A stretch of 62,931 bases of DNA, counting the filler, from Lenisia limosa (lineage: Eukaryota > Protista > Breviatea): the NCBI GenBank assembly GCA_001655205.1. It is 16 parts of 16 records of this genome, joined end to end, with 100 filler letters (N's around TTAATTAATTAA, not from the genome) between each part and the next. Parts side by side here need not be neighbours in the genome. Positions count along the whole stretch, not along the records: positions 10,141 to 24,372 come from LPNZ01002413.1; positions 24,473 to 26,941 come from LPNZ01001292.1; positions 27,042 to 29,008 come from LPNZ01003708.1; positions 29,109 to 31,003 come from LPNZ01004548.1; positions 31,104 to 34,110 come from LPNZ01006261.1; positions 34,211 to 36,399 come from LPNZ01005196.1; 10 more parts are not named here. One strand, given 5' to 3'. This document shows positions 24,267 through 36,499 of the stretch, piece after piece. Position numbers and translations under genes: made by a program. The notes beneath the pieces are model-generated. The model was not told the DNA's origin. It did not search any database and was given only the letters and a program-made list of their open reading frames with translations. Numbering within the stretch: the first letter of the stretch is position 1; each line of letters starts with the position of its first letter.

Positions 24267-24579
24267 CTGGTGGGTAAGGACTCAACTGGGGAATAACTTT
24301 TATCACGACAGTCGGTCTTTTTTTGGGACTAGTGAAGCTATCAGGACTAAAATGACAAAGTATAATATAAAGNNNNNNNNNNNNNNNNNNNNNNNNNNNN
24401 NNNNNNNNNNNNNNNNTTAATTAATTAANNNNNNNNNNNNNNNNNNNNNNNNNNNNNNNNNNNNNNNNNNNNATTTACTGTTTATGAGTCATAGTGTATA
24501 ATAGTGTTAATAATGCTAATATTGTTAAATTATGTATCAAAATGAATTATATTCTGGCTCCATCCTCCCCCATCCCCAC

Positions 24580-26452
24580 GTTATCCTGAGGCTCAAAAAG
24601 GCTGCATTTACTGAGGACGGTGTTGAGGGTTTGGATGGAGTTGTTGGCGGCAGCTAGATGCAGAGGATACTCCCCTGTCGACTGAGGGGGAAGGATTAAT
24701 ATCAAATCGCGGAAACAAAGGAAATTTCGTTGAAGAATATTGGCGTAGGGGGACAATTTATGAAACAAAAAAAACCCCCCCAAAATCAACTCTGTTGGCT
24801 ACAAATACATGAGGGTTGATGGGCTAGTCGTTTCTGCACCGCCGCATCCCATCACTCCAACGTACATTTATGACATAAGGTTATTACCAAAGAATATGGG
24901 AGTAAATACTGTTTTTGAATGGCACCCCCCCTAATTGTTTATGGTATCCCTATGTATTTATTTGTTGCCCTAGATTTCTAATATAGTATATCTTCATTAT
25001 CGATAATACCCGGCTTATCTAGATATTCACCCCTCCCCCAAACCTTCCTCGAGATATTGACGGACGCTCCGGCCGCAATTAGGTCGGTTGCGGTGCGATG
25101 GTAACCGTTTTTGATCGCAATCGTGAGCGCAGTGTCGCCATCCTGGGCAGTTTAGGGAATGTATGGGGGAAGGGGTAAAAATGGAAAATATATGAAACAC
25201 CCATCCCGACCTTAGTAGCCGTATTAGTGAAACACCCATCCCGACCTTAGTAGCCGCATTAATGTCCACTCCGGCTAAGATCAACAGATCGACAAACGCC
25301 CAGGCCCCATGGCTCGCAGCGTAGTGCAGAACTGTTTCGCCTTGCTAAGTTGTGAAGAACTGTGTTGACAAATTTTGAGACGGTCTGTCATACTACGTAT
25401 TGAATGGAACATGTACCAATATCCCGAAAGATGTTGACCCTCAGGATTCTCAGCTTGCCTTATATGGGGATATTCTGAAAATGTTTTAATTAGTTCCCGA
25501 CAGTATATTCAAAACGTAGTATGACGCTTGGTATCTGGTGGGACAATATTTGAAATTTTGCTTTCAATTTCCAACATTAGAGATTAAAATATTCCTAAAA
25601 ATAACAAACCTTCACAAATAATAGACCAGCCCAAAACCCACGTTATCTGTGTGTTAACAAGACGTCTCAACATAACATATAAAGCTGCACAACAAATAAG
25701 GAAGCCCAAAACCCACGTTATCCGTGACGTTAACAAGCCGTCGGGTGTCGTCGTTGATAATGATGTCGGGCAGGTAGTTTTCGGATGCAGAGTGGTGCAG
25801 GAGCTGCTCTGAGGCCGAATACGGGCGATTTGACCTGAGGGGGGAGGGGGGTGAAATCGAAGATTCTTTGAACAAAAAATAATTCTATATTTAATGGAGG
25901 AGGGGGGGCGGAAAAATTGGAAAATTTATGAAACAAAAAAGATCAAAATCAACTCTGCCCACCCTTTATTCCTATCTAGAATGGAGGGCAGCTGTTCAAT
26001 GTTGACGTAGTTGAGAATAGAGGCGGCGCTACGGCTGTTTCCGTTCATGACGCAGATGTGAAGTGGTGTTCGCCCGGCCTGGGGGGGGGGGGTTAAANNN
26101 NNNNNNNNNNNNNNNNNNNNNNNNNNNNNNNNNNNNNNNNNNNNNNNNNNNNNNNNNNNNNNNNNNNNNNNNNNNNNNNNNNNNNNNNNNNNNNNNNNNN
26201 NNNNNNNNNNNNNNNNNNNNNNNNNNNNNNNNNNNNNNNNNNNNNNNNNNNNNNNNNTAGAAAAGCGCCCCCCTCCCCCTTGCCAACGAAGACTAAGCAA
26301 AAGCGCCACACACACAAAAAAAAAGACTAGGCAAAAGAGCCCTCACCCCCCACAGAAGACCGAGCAAAAGGGTCGGCCTTGGCCCGAAGGAGCAGGTCTG
26401 TGATAATGGGACTGCCTTGACGAGCGGCAACGTGCAGGGGTGTCTCACCCTC
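24580..26452 (-). CDS. Ankyrin-repeat protein fragment
   Basis: Exons EGETPLHVAARQGSPIITDLLLRAKADP, AGRTPLHICVMNGN, QGETVLHYAASHG..LAGVDINAATK, DGDTALTIAIKNGY and TGEYPLHLAAANNS. Confidence 0.85.
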
Positions 26453-26485
26453 CTAGAGCAAAATAAGAAAAAATGGGTCTAAAAT

Positions 26486-26651
26486 CAGTAATGAATAATG
26501 TAGTCATTATATCAAATCAGAATCATTGAGTATTATAATGCTAGGGCTTCTCTCTGGTCCGAAAAAGTCAGTAATGAATAATGTAGTCATTATATCAAAT
26601 CAGAATCATTGAGTATTATAATGCTAGGGCTTTCTCTGGTCCGAAAAAGTC
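26486..26651. repeat. 83-bp near-perfect tandem duplication that includes a MITE-1 left end
   Basis: TCAGTAATGAATAATGTAGTC..GCTAGGGCT..TCTGGTCCGAAAAAG occurs twice. Confidence 0.8.
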
Positions 26652-27048
26652 CGTTAAAATATCATTATTTATCGAGGATTTATCGAGTTCGAACAGCCCA
26701 AAGGGACCCATGAAATTCAAAGGTAGGCTAAAAGAGAGAAAGCGCTATATCATCTTGCTATTAGGGTTTTAAAACCGTTGACATATTCCTGATACAAAGC
26801 CCTCATACATTATTGCGGTCTAGAAACGGGGCTTTCCTTGAAAGGAGCAGTTCACAGACTTCCTTAGTCGATTATAAACATGTAACATGCGAAATATACT
26901 ATTTATGCTTCTAAAATCATTTTAAAAAAAGCCTTGTACACNNNNNNNNNNNNNNNNNNNNNNNNNNNNNNNNNNNNNNNNNNNNTTAATTAATTAANNN
27001 NNNNNNNNNNNNNNNNNNNNNNNNNNNNNNNNNNNNNNNNNACCCCCC

Positions 27049-28590
27049 CCCCCTCCTTCCACAGGATCGTGGCTTGCCCGTACAATGGCCGTTCCCCACC
27101 AAATCGGGCGGCGACTGTAAGAGTTGCGACGACACCCCCCACGCTCACCATCACAACTAGAAAGGTATTGTTTCTGTGTAGTAAATGCATGTTTTTTGAT
27201 ATTTTGTAATTGAGAATCAATGAAGAATATTAGAGTGTGTGGGGGAGGGGTATCTGTACTTATCTCTTCTTTTAAAGTTACATCTCTCTTGCAAAAGGGG
27301 TACAATTTATGAAACAAAAAATGCCAAAGCGGGGTGTGGGGTGGGTTGATCACTCATCATTCCAATGCTAATGTCTCGGTCCACTTGTTACTACATTCAC
27401 ACAAGACTTGATGTAGGGTGGTGCTCCGAGAATACTATTTGGCAAACCTTCCTTGTTTAGGATTCCAATGGCATCAAAATGGCATTTGGCAATTTGGCAA
27501 ATCCAATTTGCTTCATATCTGAGGGATGTTCTTCCCTGTTTAAAAGGATATCCCTAGCCAAAAATACTATAAATTGCATAAATGAAATGGGATGCCCATG
27601 GAATGTAATCCAGAAAGCTTGATGAAATACAAACCAAATACGAAATGTTGCTTAGAATATCAGTATCACCAAAGTACACAATACGACAAACATTTTTATC
27701 AGCTTTATCAATATCGGCAACCTTCTCAATGAGATACTTCACAACATTCAAGTTCCCAGTTCCAATGGCAAATATGAAAGCTGTTGTTATTCCCTGTTAT
27801 ATAAATGTATGGCAAAAGACGTATCAATTGTACACAAGATCCACATGTTTGAATACTATTGCCACACAAATACGGAATGGCCTAGAATATCACAATCTCA
27901 ATTTGATATCACACACATGAGTATTGCCCACCCACGTCAAGATCAATACTATGATATAAAAATTAGTGCGTACTTTGATGTCCATCTTTGAAAGCTGAAT
28001 GTGGTTCAAAACACAGTTGAATACAATCGAATCAAAACATTGGTTCTTTAATTAAATCTGAAAAACCATAAGAAAACAACAAAACGGAACAGCTTAAATG
28101 TGTCATTTCCCTGTGAAAAAAAGAATGCAAGAATTTGTCCAGTAAATTAGGGTGGGGCGGCAGTATCAATGACAGACATGACACACAAATTACGATGGAG
28201 CAGATTTCCATAATGAACACGACTCTCGGCACAAATAGCCGATGGAAAGTTGCGAGGGTAACAGAGATTTCACAGGGCAAAGGGATGCTTATTAGCCACT
28301 AGTCAAAGGTATATAATATGCATATATGGCTTTATGGCATTCCGGGGCCCTGATCCAGACAGATGTCACGAAGTGAGGGAAATTTGAGTTCCGAGCAATT
28401 TATGGGAATCCGTGAATTTGTGCCAAGTGAGTGACAAGAGAGCCAAAGGTTAAAGCATGTGAATGATGAGCCAGATGGAGAAGCGGAGCAAAATATATTA
28501 CACCAGGACAGCCTACATAGACTCCATCCAGATCGGATGACGGCGTAACCGGCCTCGCCACGTTCAATGTCGGCGGGTGAGAACCTTGGN
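27049..28590 (-). CDS. Gene fragment with at least one ankyrin repeat
   Basis: Exon about 27697-27800 reads GITTAFIFAIGTGNLNVVKYLIEKVADIDKADKN|GT. Other flanking exons are only weakly supported. Confidence 0.4.
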
Positions 28591-29109
28591 NNNNNNNNNN
28601 NNNNNNNNNNNNNNNNNNNNNNNNNNNNNNNNNNNNNNNNNNNNNNNNNNNNNNNNNNNNNNNNNNNNNNNNNNNNNNNNNNNNNNNNNNNNNNNNNNNN
28701 NNNNNNNNNNNNNNNNNNNNNNNNNNNNNNNNNNNNNNNNNNNNNNNNNNNNNNNNNNNNNNNNNNNNNNNNNNNNNNNNNNNNNNNNNNNNNNNNNNGC
28801 TATTTATTTATTTAGTCATGCATGCAATGCGTTCGCGCCAAACAAAAATTTAATGATGGATTGCCGAGGAGGGGGGTTTAATTGGAAAATTTATGAAACA
28901 AAAAATCTCAAACCAACAGGGGAGCAGGGGGAATATGAAACAAAACAAACAAAAACAAAATAAGAAGCCCAAAATCAACTCTGGTGCTGGGGAGGGGGGT
29001 AACACTGANNNNNNNNNNNNNNNNNNNNNNNNNNNNNNNNNNNNNNNNNNNNTTAATTAATTAANNNNNNNNNNNNNNNNNNNNNNNNNNNNNNNNNNNN
29101 NNNNNNNNC

Positions 29110-30080
29110 CCCCCCCCCCCAGCCTACCATCAGCAACATGGCCAACCCCCGAGGACAGCTGCGAAATAACTGACACATACACAAGATCGTCTGGGGTGGT
29201 GAGAGAGTTGGTATGGTGCTTTGGTCTTAATGATTCACTTCGGTTTTGAAAGGAAAGACTGAATATCTCGATAAAATCGATATATTTTGAAATGGAGTGA
29301 AGCCATCCTTTTTTTTTTCTTACTAAGTATACTTTTATGTAGTTCTTATGATATCTATTCTTATTTTCAAAAGAGTTGGACACAGAGTTGAAAAGAAACG
29401 GGTGGATAAACAGACAGTATGATTTAATCAAAATCCTAATTGGTGCGGACGGCTTCGGCAAGTAATTGTGATTTGGGTAGTTCTGATAAGAACTTAAGCA
29501 TTTTGGGGTTGGGTGGCTTCGATTTGATCAAACCATTTGAGGTCATACATGTATATTGGGGAAACAGGTGAATATACTACATATCCACACCATGTCTACT
29601 CATTCACTTAACTATTTTGGTACAATAGAAAAAAATAGAGCAAGCAAATAGTCATCATCAGTATCAACTTCATTTACNNNNNNNNNNNNNNNNNNNNNNN
29701 NNNNNNNNNNNNNNNNNNNNNNNNNNNNNNNNNNNNNNNNNNNNNNNNNNNNNNNNNNNNNNNNNNNNNNNNNNCCTCCTCCCTGAGAACCGGAACCCTA
29801 ATAATTGCCCTGTTTTAGGTGAGGTATTTATAAGAGAAATATGAACATACTTATTCAGTACACATACCCCATCCTTACTTATATCTTTGATCCACCCTTA
29901 TGCCTCTACTCGATACATACTTATATCTTTACTCCATCCTTACTTTTACCTTTACTTCTCCCTTACTTGTGTCTTTGCTCCACCCGTCGCTTGTGCCTGT
30001 GGTGGTGCTTGTGGCGATGATGACGGTGTTTGCGTCTAGGCGTACCGGGTGATGATTCCGCTCTTGAGGGTCTGGAGTAT
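29110..30080 (-). CDS. Isolated putative exons, one possibly His/Arg-rich
   Basis: An AG/GT-bounded segment at about 29985-30075 can read PSRAESSPGTPRRKHRHHRHKHHHRHKRR. The frame cannot be confirmed. Confidence 0.2.
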
Positions 30081-30385
30081 GAAACAACTATGCCTCAGTG
30101 CAATTAATATCCTACTTTAGATCCAAAAATAAAGAGTGAGAATATCGACCTGGTCTTTTCTTCAAATGCCCGGTAACTCAAAATACCTGCTCTTATCAAC
30201 CCTATCTATTCTCACTCTTTATTTTTGGATCTTGGACCCATGAATTCCCATTTCTTCAACCCACTTTCTTTCAGGTATGTGAGATAGTTCAGATTTTTTC
30301 TCATCTCGTAGCTTCGTATCTAAATAGGTAACAGGAATAGGAAAAAAAAAAAAAGAATAAACACAAAAGAGAAATAAAAAATAAG

Positions 30386-30610
30386 GTTGTATCCGGCCGA
30401 AGCCGTCCACATCACCACGCTTATAAGAGATATTGGATATTGTATAAAATTATTTCACCCAATCATTGTCCTAACAACTCTGTGCACACAGCTTTCTGCG
30501 TGCCTCCCTATGATATTTTGGCAAAAACCGTCCACATCATCATGTTTTTACGGGAGGCAAGCAGAAAGCTGTGCGTGCACACAACGTTATCAGGCAAAAT
30601 ATTGGGTGAA
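30386..30610. repeat. Family 4 copy with an internal ~55-bp inverted repeat
   Basis: TTCACCCAATCATTG..CACAGCTTTCTGCGTGCCTCCC (30455-30508) is inverted at GGGAGGCAAGCAGAAAGCTGTG..ATTGGGTGAA (30551-30610). Confidence 0.65.
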
Positions 30611-30615
30611 TTAAT

Positions 30616-30714
30616 TAGAGCTTCACTTTCGGTTCCAAAAAAGACTGAGTTCTCGATAAATCCTCGATAAATATTGATATTTTATAAGTCTTTTGGACAG
30701 AAAGTGAAGCCCTA
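30616..30714. mobile_element. MITE family 1 copy (type A', +1 nt in both arms)
   Basis: TAGAGCTTCACTTTCGGTTCC ... GGACAGAAAGTGAAGCCCTA. Confidence 0.7.
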
Positions 30715-31653
30715 GAATTAATACCTCTCTGAATCAAATATCTCGTCTCAGTGACAGGTATGCATTTCACTTTGTTGTATTTTCGTATTTCTATACATAC
30801 TCTACATGAAATACATATCACATACGAAAATGGATTCGAAGGATTGAAATTCAAGTATTCACTGGCTCTCTAAAAGAACAAACCGAGATGCTCCTTAAGA
30901 AGATGCTTCCTCAGATCGCCCGCATCTGAAGTATGCGACCGGGCTGGGCGGTCACGATGAATTGGGGAGGGGGAGTAAAAAGAGAAACTTTAGGAGGGAG
31001 GTTNNNNNNNNNNNNNNNNNNNNNNNNNNNNNNNNNNNNNNNNNNNNTTAATTAATTAANNNNNNNNNNNNNNNNNNNNNNNNNNNNNNNNNNNNNNNNN
31101 NNNGAACTCCCAGCCAGAGATATCAGAGGTTCCTTTGAAAACATGAAATTAGAGACTACTGTAAAGCTTAGGTTAGCTTAGGTTCAAGGTTAGCTTTAAT
31201 ATGAACAAATGAGCGATTATTATCTTTTTCTTTGACAACATCTCTTTTGCTTTCATCGCATCGGTCGTCTAAAAGTTGTACAGTTATTAATGGTAGTGTT
31301 TGATGCGGCATGAGAGAAAGAAAAAAGCATATAGAGAGCAGCGGGACTAGGTTAGACCCATCAGGGTTGTTTAGTGCTAAAATCAACCGTATATTAACCA
31401 TCGTTCGTTTCAACGACAGTTAGTAAATATGGTCAAGTGAATATTCTTATGGCTGGGAGTTGGTGGTGTCTTCGCTAACTCATCAATGAGTTTTCACTAA
31501 AGTAAAGAGAAGCACATAACATAGAAGGTGACCTAACCACCCCAACATTTTAACCTCCAAGACAAAATACCCTCTCTCTGAAACACCCTCTCTGTCAAGC
31601 ACCCCAATTTTCTTCAAATTTCCAAAAAGTGCCATGATTCCCATGTAAAATCA

Positions 31654-33690
31654 CTTCCCCCAAACCTCTTTCTGAACTTCGAAGTTCCTGAGAGTGTCCT
31701 CGATTTGCTTGGCCGGCGTGGGTTCGAGGCTGATTGGGATGTGCAGTAAGTCACCTTCGTCTCTGGGTGGGTGAGGGCTATGTTTCGAAATACATTGTGT
31801 TATTATCAAATGTAATAAATCGTTAGCAATTGCCAACGGGCAGAAAAAGACCAAAGCCGTCCATATGATAAAATATACAATAATAATAGATAACAATAAT
31901 ATACTCATGATAAGTAAAAAAAAATGATGAAAATGAAAATTGTTACAGAGAAATAAAGAATACAGCAAGAGTGGCGATGAATGCACAACCATACTGCGAT
32001 GAATAGAGCAGGAACTCATTTTCTTCAAGGTCAATTTCAGCAACAACCGAATGGTCGTTTTGTGCTGCCTTTTCCTGCAAGTGTAAATTGCTGTACTATA
32101 ATACAATCACCTATATATGCATATATAATATACATGTATATAATCATATGATATATAAAAGATATAATATACTAGTACATTACATAACCGGGCTAATATT
32201 CATGGTTTATATGTATTAGCTATGTCACGTATCAAATAGTAAATATTATATAATATATGATTAAGGCTTCACTTCGGTTTGAAAAAAAGACTGAATTTTT
32301 CGATAAATCCTCGAAATCTATCGATATTTTACCAGTATTTTTCGAACCGAAGTGAAGCCCTATATATGATATATATATATATATACATTCTATCTAACAC
32401 ACAAAACCCAATAGGATATACAAATTATTACACAAAATATCATAATTATAAATATGAACAAAGAAGAGACATCTCACGTTTTCATCAAAATCGAAGTCCG
32501 AGGGTTTGGGCTCATATATCCGGTTTTCCGAAAGCTCTTCAAAATCTGGGAAGGAGGGTGGGTACAATGGAAAAGTTGTACGAGAAATAATCATAATAAA
32601 AAAAAAAAAAACGGAATTGGATCAATCCATTGTCCAAAACTAGTAAGCAATNNNNNNNNNNNNNNNNNNNNNNNNNNNNNNNNNNNNNNNNNNNNNNNNN
32701 NNNNNNNNNNNNNNNNNNNNNNNNNNNNNNNNTTTTGAAATCAAATATGTTACTATTCTCAAAGCAAATAAGAAACTCCAAACAAAGAGCACAAAAGAAA
32801 AGCAAACAAAGCAATACACGTTGGTAAAAACAAAGGATTATGGTTGACTAGAATATTCCTATATTCCCCCTTCTCACCAGGAGCGAAAGCACTCCAGTTT
32901 TCCTTCTCAATTTTAGTGAGGAACTGGATCCCCTGGTTGCAAATCGTCATTATAAGAGGGCGGAAGGGGTGCCAGTCCATATCTGATTAATGATGTAGAT
33001 CAAAATAATGTTTCTCTAAAGAATGATTATTCAGTCTATGTCTGGTATTCCAATGTATGTATTTGTTTCCCTTATATGATATGTTATTTCTCTTGTCAAA
33101 AAAAAAAAGTTTACATTATCATCGCACTACTAGCTACATTGTATGTTATCTATCATTTACCAACACCACCCCCTCACCTGAATAACCACCCNNNNNNNNN
33201 NNNNNNNNNNNNNNNNNNNNNNNNNNNNNNNNNNNNNNNNNNNNNNNNNNNNNNNNNNNNNNNNNNNNNNNNNNNNNNNNNNNNNNNNNNNNNNNNNNNN
33301 NNNNNNNNNNNNNNNNNNNNNNNNNNNNNNNNNNNNNNNNNNNNNNNNNNNGAACAAAAAAAATAGAAAACAATCCAGAAAACCCACCTAAAATGCCACC
33401 ATTGATATTCGAATAGGCCTCGATATCAATCTTCTCACATGCCGCAGCCTGCTGGGGTGAACAAAAGGTCTCCAATTCGTGGTTGAAAAATTTGTTTTCA
33501 AAAGATCTCAATTCAGGTTCCAAAAATCTCATGATGCCAAAATGTATCTATTATCCAAAAGAAATTAAATCTCTGTCTCTACAAGAAATACTGCTATTCT
33601 ACAGCAATAGTGGGTTTTGTGGAAGGGGACATCGAGGAGCGTGGAAGTATAGTAATTTGTCCTATGGTGTCCCTAGGTATTTATTTCAGT
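31654..33690 (-). CDS. RBBP5: RBBP5/Swd1 (COMPASS WD40 subunit), C-terminal fragment
   Basis: Exon DWHPFRPLIMTICNQGIQFLTKIEKENWSAFAP|GTGAG matches the RBBP5 signature WHP.RP.I....ENWSAFAPDF. Downstream DEGDLLHIPISLEP resembles LLYLPIAPE. The acidic E/D exon is expected in the masked stretch 32652-32732. Confidence 0.78.
32262..32362. mobile_element. MITE family 1 copy (type A, near-perfect)
   Basis: TAAGGCTTCACTTCGGTTTGAAAAAAAGAC ... TTTTTCGAACCGAAGTGAAGCCCTA. Confidence 0.75.
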
Positions 33691-34323
33691 CCCGTAATGT
33701 ACATAAATATATGTACATAGTCTTTCTTTTTCAAAAAACCCCCATACAATTGAGTAAAACTGGACCTTATGTGTTGAACTTTGGCCGACAGCAAAAAAAT
33801 CTCCGGTAGGGCTTCGTGACACACAGCGAATGTCTCTAAAAGTTCAGTTCAGTTCAGCTCAGTTCACTTCATTATGTTTCATGATCGCAGTTGCCTCTAT
33901 GGAACCCCCAAGCTCTTGCCAATAATCATTATTCCGGCGTTTTTGAGGCCGTTATATCTCCTAGTTACCTGTCATTAATGGCGTGATTGAGTGGCTCAAT
34001 TTTTGGCATTAAGGTAGTCTTAGATTCCTAACAAGATAAAACACAATCCCAAAAAAAAAAGCTCCAAAAATATCCTCTCCTCACCCAATAGACCCCTCTC
34101 ACTGAATACTNNNNNNNNNNNNNNNNNNNNNNNNNNNNNNNNNNNNNNNNNNNNTTAATTAATTAANNNNNNNNNNNNNNNNNNNNNNNNNNNNNNNNNN
34201 NNNNNNNNNNATACATATATATATATATATATATATAATTATACAAGTATTTAAGTGAGGACAATCAATACACCGAGGCAGAACTAGAATGCAGATAAGA
34301 ATGTAAGTCAGACAACTGCTCAA

Positions 34324-36327
34324 ATGTCGGCATTAGCAGCAGCAGTGGAAGGCGGCAATGTCAGGGCCGCTTTAGATCTATTATCTAAAGGCGCAGATGT
34401 TAACGAGAAGGGAGTGGTAGGAAGAGGCGACGGATCTGAGTTTATTCACTTCTTCCTCAGTTTGGACGCACTCTGCTTCATGTTGCTTGTGCCAAGGGCC
34501 TTCATGCCCTTTTGAAGCCTATGGTCGATGCTGGAGCAAATCTCAAAGCCAAGACACAGGTAAATCACCTTCCCCAATTTCCTGTTGATTAGCTTTCTCC
34601 CCATTCCCTCCCCCTTACCTAAGCTGTCTCCGGCTAAATTTAAACTATTTTAGCAATGCTGATCACTATTTGTTTACAATTGAAAGGACCATTTCTATTT
34701 CCCTTTTGTGGTTTTCATTTTGGGTATCGAAATTGATATTTTTGGGTCTTATTTTCAGTATGGTGGAACCCCCCTCCACACTGCAGCATGGGCTGGAGAC
34801 AGCAAATGTGTCACAGGTAATTGGGCTGCGTAATTCTGAGCCAGGTACTCTTCAGCTTCTTACAGAATACCCAAGGATAGAGCTACAATTTGAATATGTT
34901 CATATTTCACTGTTTTAGAACTTCTGAACCTTGGTGCGGACCCTAATATGAAGGACGACGTAAGGAGTCATTTGATCTTTTTGCGTTTAATATCATTTCC
35001 TCTGTCAGATAGCATACAACCAAATGGAAGTTATCTAAGTTACTGCCTTGACGCTTTAGCGCGGGGACACCCCAGCCGGTTTAGCCATTCGATACGGCCA
35101 TAGTGACACAGCCCGCCTCATTTCAGCTTGTAAATATGAATGTAGGCCCAGAGAGATGTGCGGATATTTGTATCCGCATATTGAGTTGTTATATAAGCCA
35201 ATGTTGTGAATCAAGTTTATATCTAGTATTATATATTTTTTTATCTAACACAGCACATCAAAAAGTCTGAATTGTCTTTATATCCCATCACTGTAGACAC
35301 GGACGAGGATCATATCAACAACAATGTGTCCGAACTTCGGGCTAAGAAGCAACGCGGTGTTTTCGACAGCAAGGTCCAGGACTTGGAAAAGGAACTCAAA
35401 GACCTCAAGGAAGTTCGCTATTCCGCTATTTAGCATATTGGGTTATCTGAGAATAACAATTCACGATTTTAGAGTCGAGGTATTTTGACTGTAGCGGAGG
35501 CGGAAGAAATGGTTCGAAAAGAACGAGAAAAAGGCGAAAACAGTCGGGGGGAGGGGTGTACATGTGGTGGGAAGTTGGAATGTTTTGTTGTCTCTTTTGA
35601 AGTCACTTTATGGTGTCCCCCCTGACCTCTTCTAGGAGCCCGGCTTCTCCAGCAGAAAATTGCTGCACTAGAACGGCAAGTTGCCATGGACTCTGGACAT
35701 ATTCAGCTGAGTCGAACAAGGTATGCCTGGGCCTCAATTTGCTCCCCGAATAAAACGGAGCTTCTCAATAACTCTTTGACATTTTACTAGTATGACACTT
35801 TTAGGTCTTCATCATCTACGACTATGACACACAGTGGTGATGTTGTTGAAGTGAGGAGGATGGAAAAATGGCAGTATTTGGTGTCTGTCATCTGATGCCA
35901 CTCGGAATCTTGCATCAGATCTGACCAGATATCCCCCAGGTGGAGCCAGATGACATCGTCAATGCCGTTTCGGCCGCCACAGAGGAACTGAAAACGAAAG
36001 TAAAAGTAGGTGTTGAGTAATAACACCTTTCCGCGTAATATTGCCTTGGGATACTATTAGGGGTTTACTACGGTCCGAAAAAGACCGTTTAAATATCAAT
36101 ATTCATCGAGGATTTATCGAGATATTCAGTCTTTTTTGGGACCGAAGGAACCCTTAGATACTATGTAAGGAGAATAGTTTTGGAAGGTATGCCTGCTCAA
36201 AATAGCTTGAATTCACCACAGGAGTGATAATTGTTTCAGACAATGGAATCAAGCCACAAGAAGGATCTCGAAGACAAAGAACAGGAGTATTCCGATCAGA
36301 TCCTGGCACTCAAACGCAAAAACAAAG
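34324..36327 (+). CDS. Ankyrin-repeat plus coiled-coil protein, 3' end missing
   Basis: MSALAAAVEGGNVRAALDLLSKGADVNEKGV|FGRTLLHVACAKGLH..GANLKAKTQ|YGGTPLHTAAWAGD..|RGDTPAGLAIRYGH, followed by coiled-coil exons (VQDLEKELKDLKE, LLQQKIAALERQV). Confidence 0.85.
36058..36156. mobile_element. MITE family 1 copy (type B)
   Basis: TAGGGGTTTACTACGGTCCG ... GGGACCGAAGGAACCCTTA. Confidence 0.65.
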
Positions 36328-36499
36328 TGGGAATCTGGCTCGTTAGTTTTTACAACCCCTTCTCTTTTTAAAAAACACGTACGTGAAAGTTTCTGTTTAN
36401 NNNNNNNNNNNNNNNNNNNNNNNNNNNNNNNNNNNNNNNNNNNTTAATTAATTAANNNNNNNNNNNNNNNNNNNNNNNNNNNNNNNNNNNNNNNNNNNN

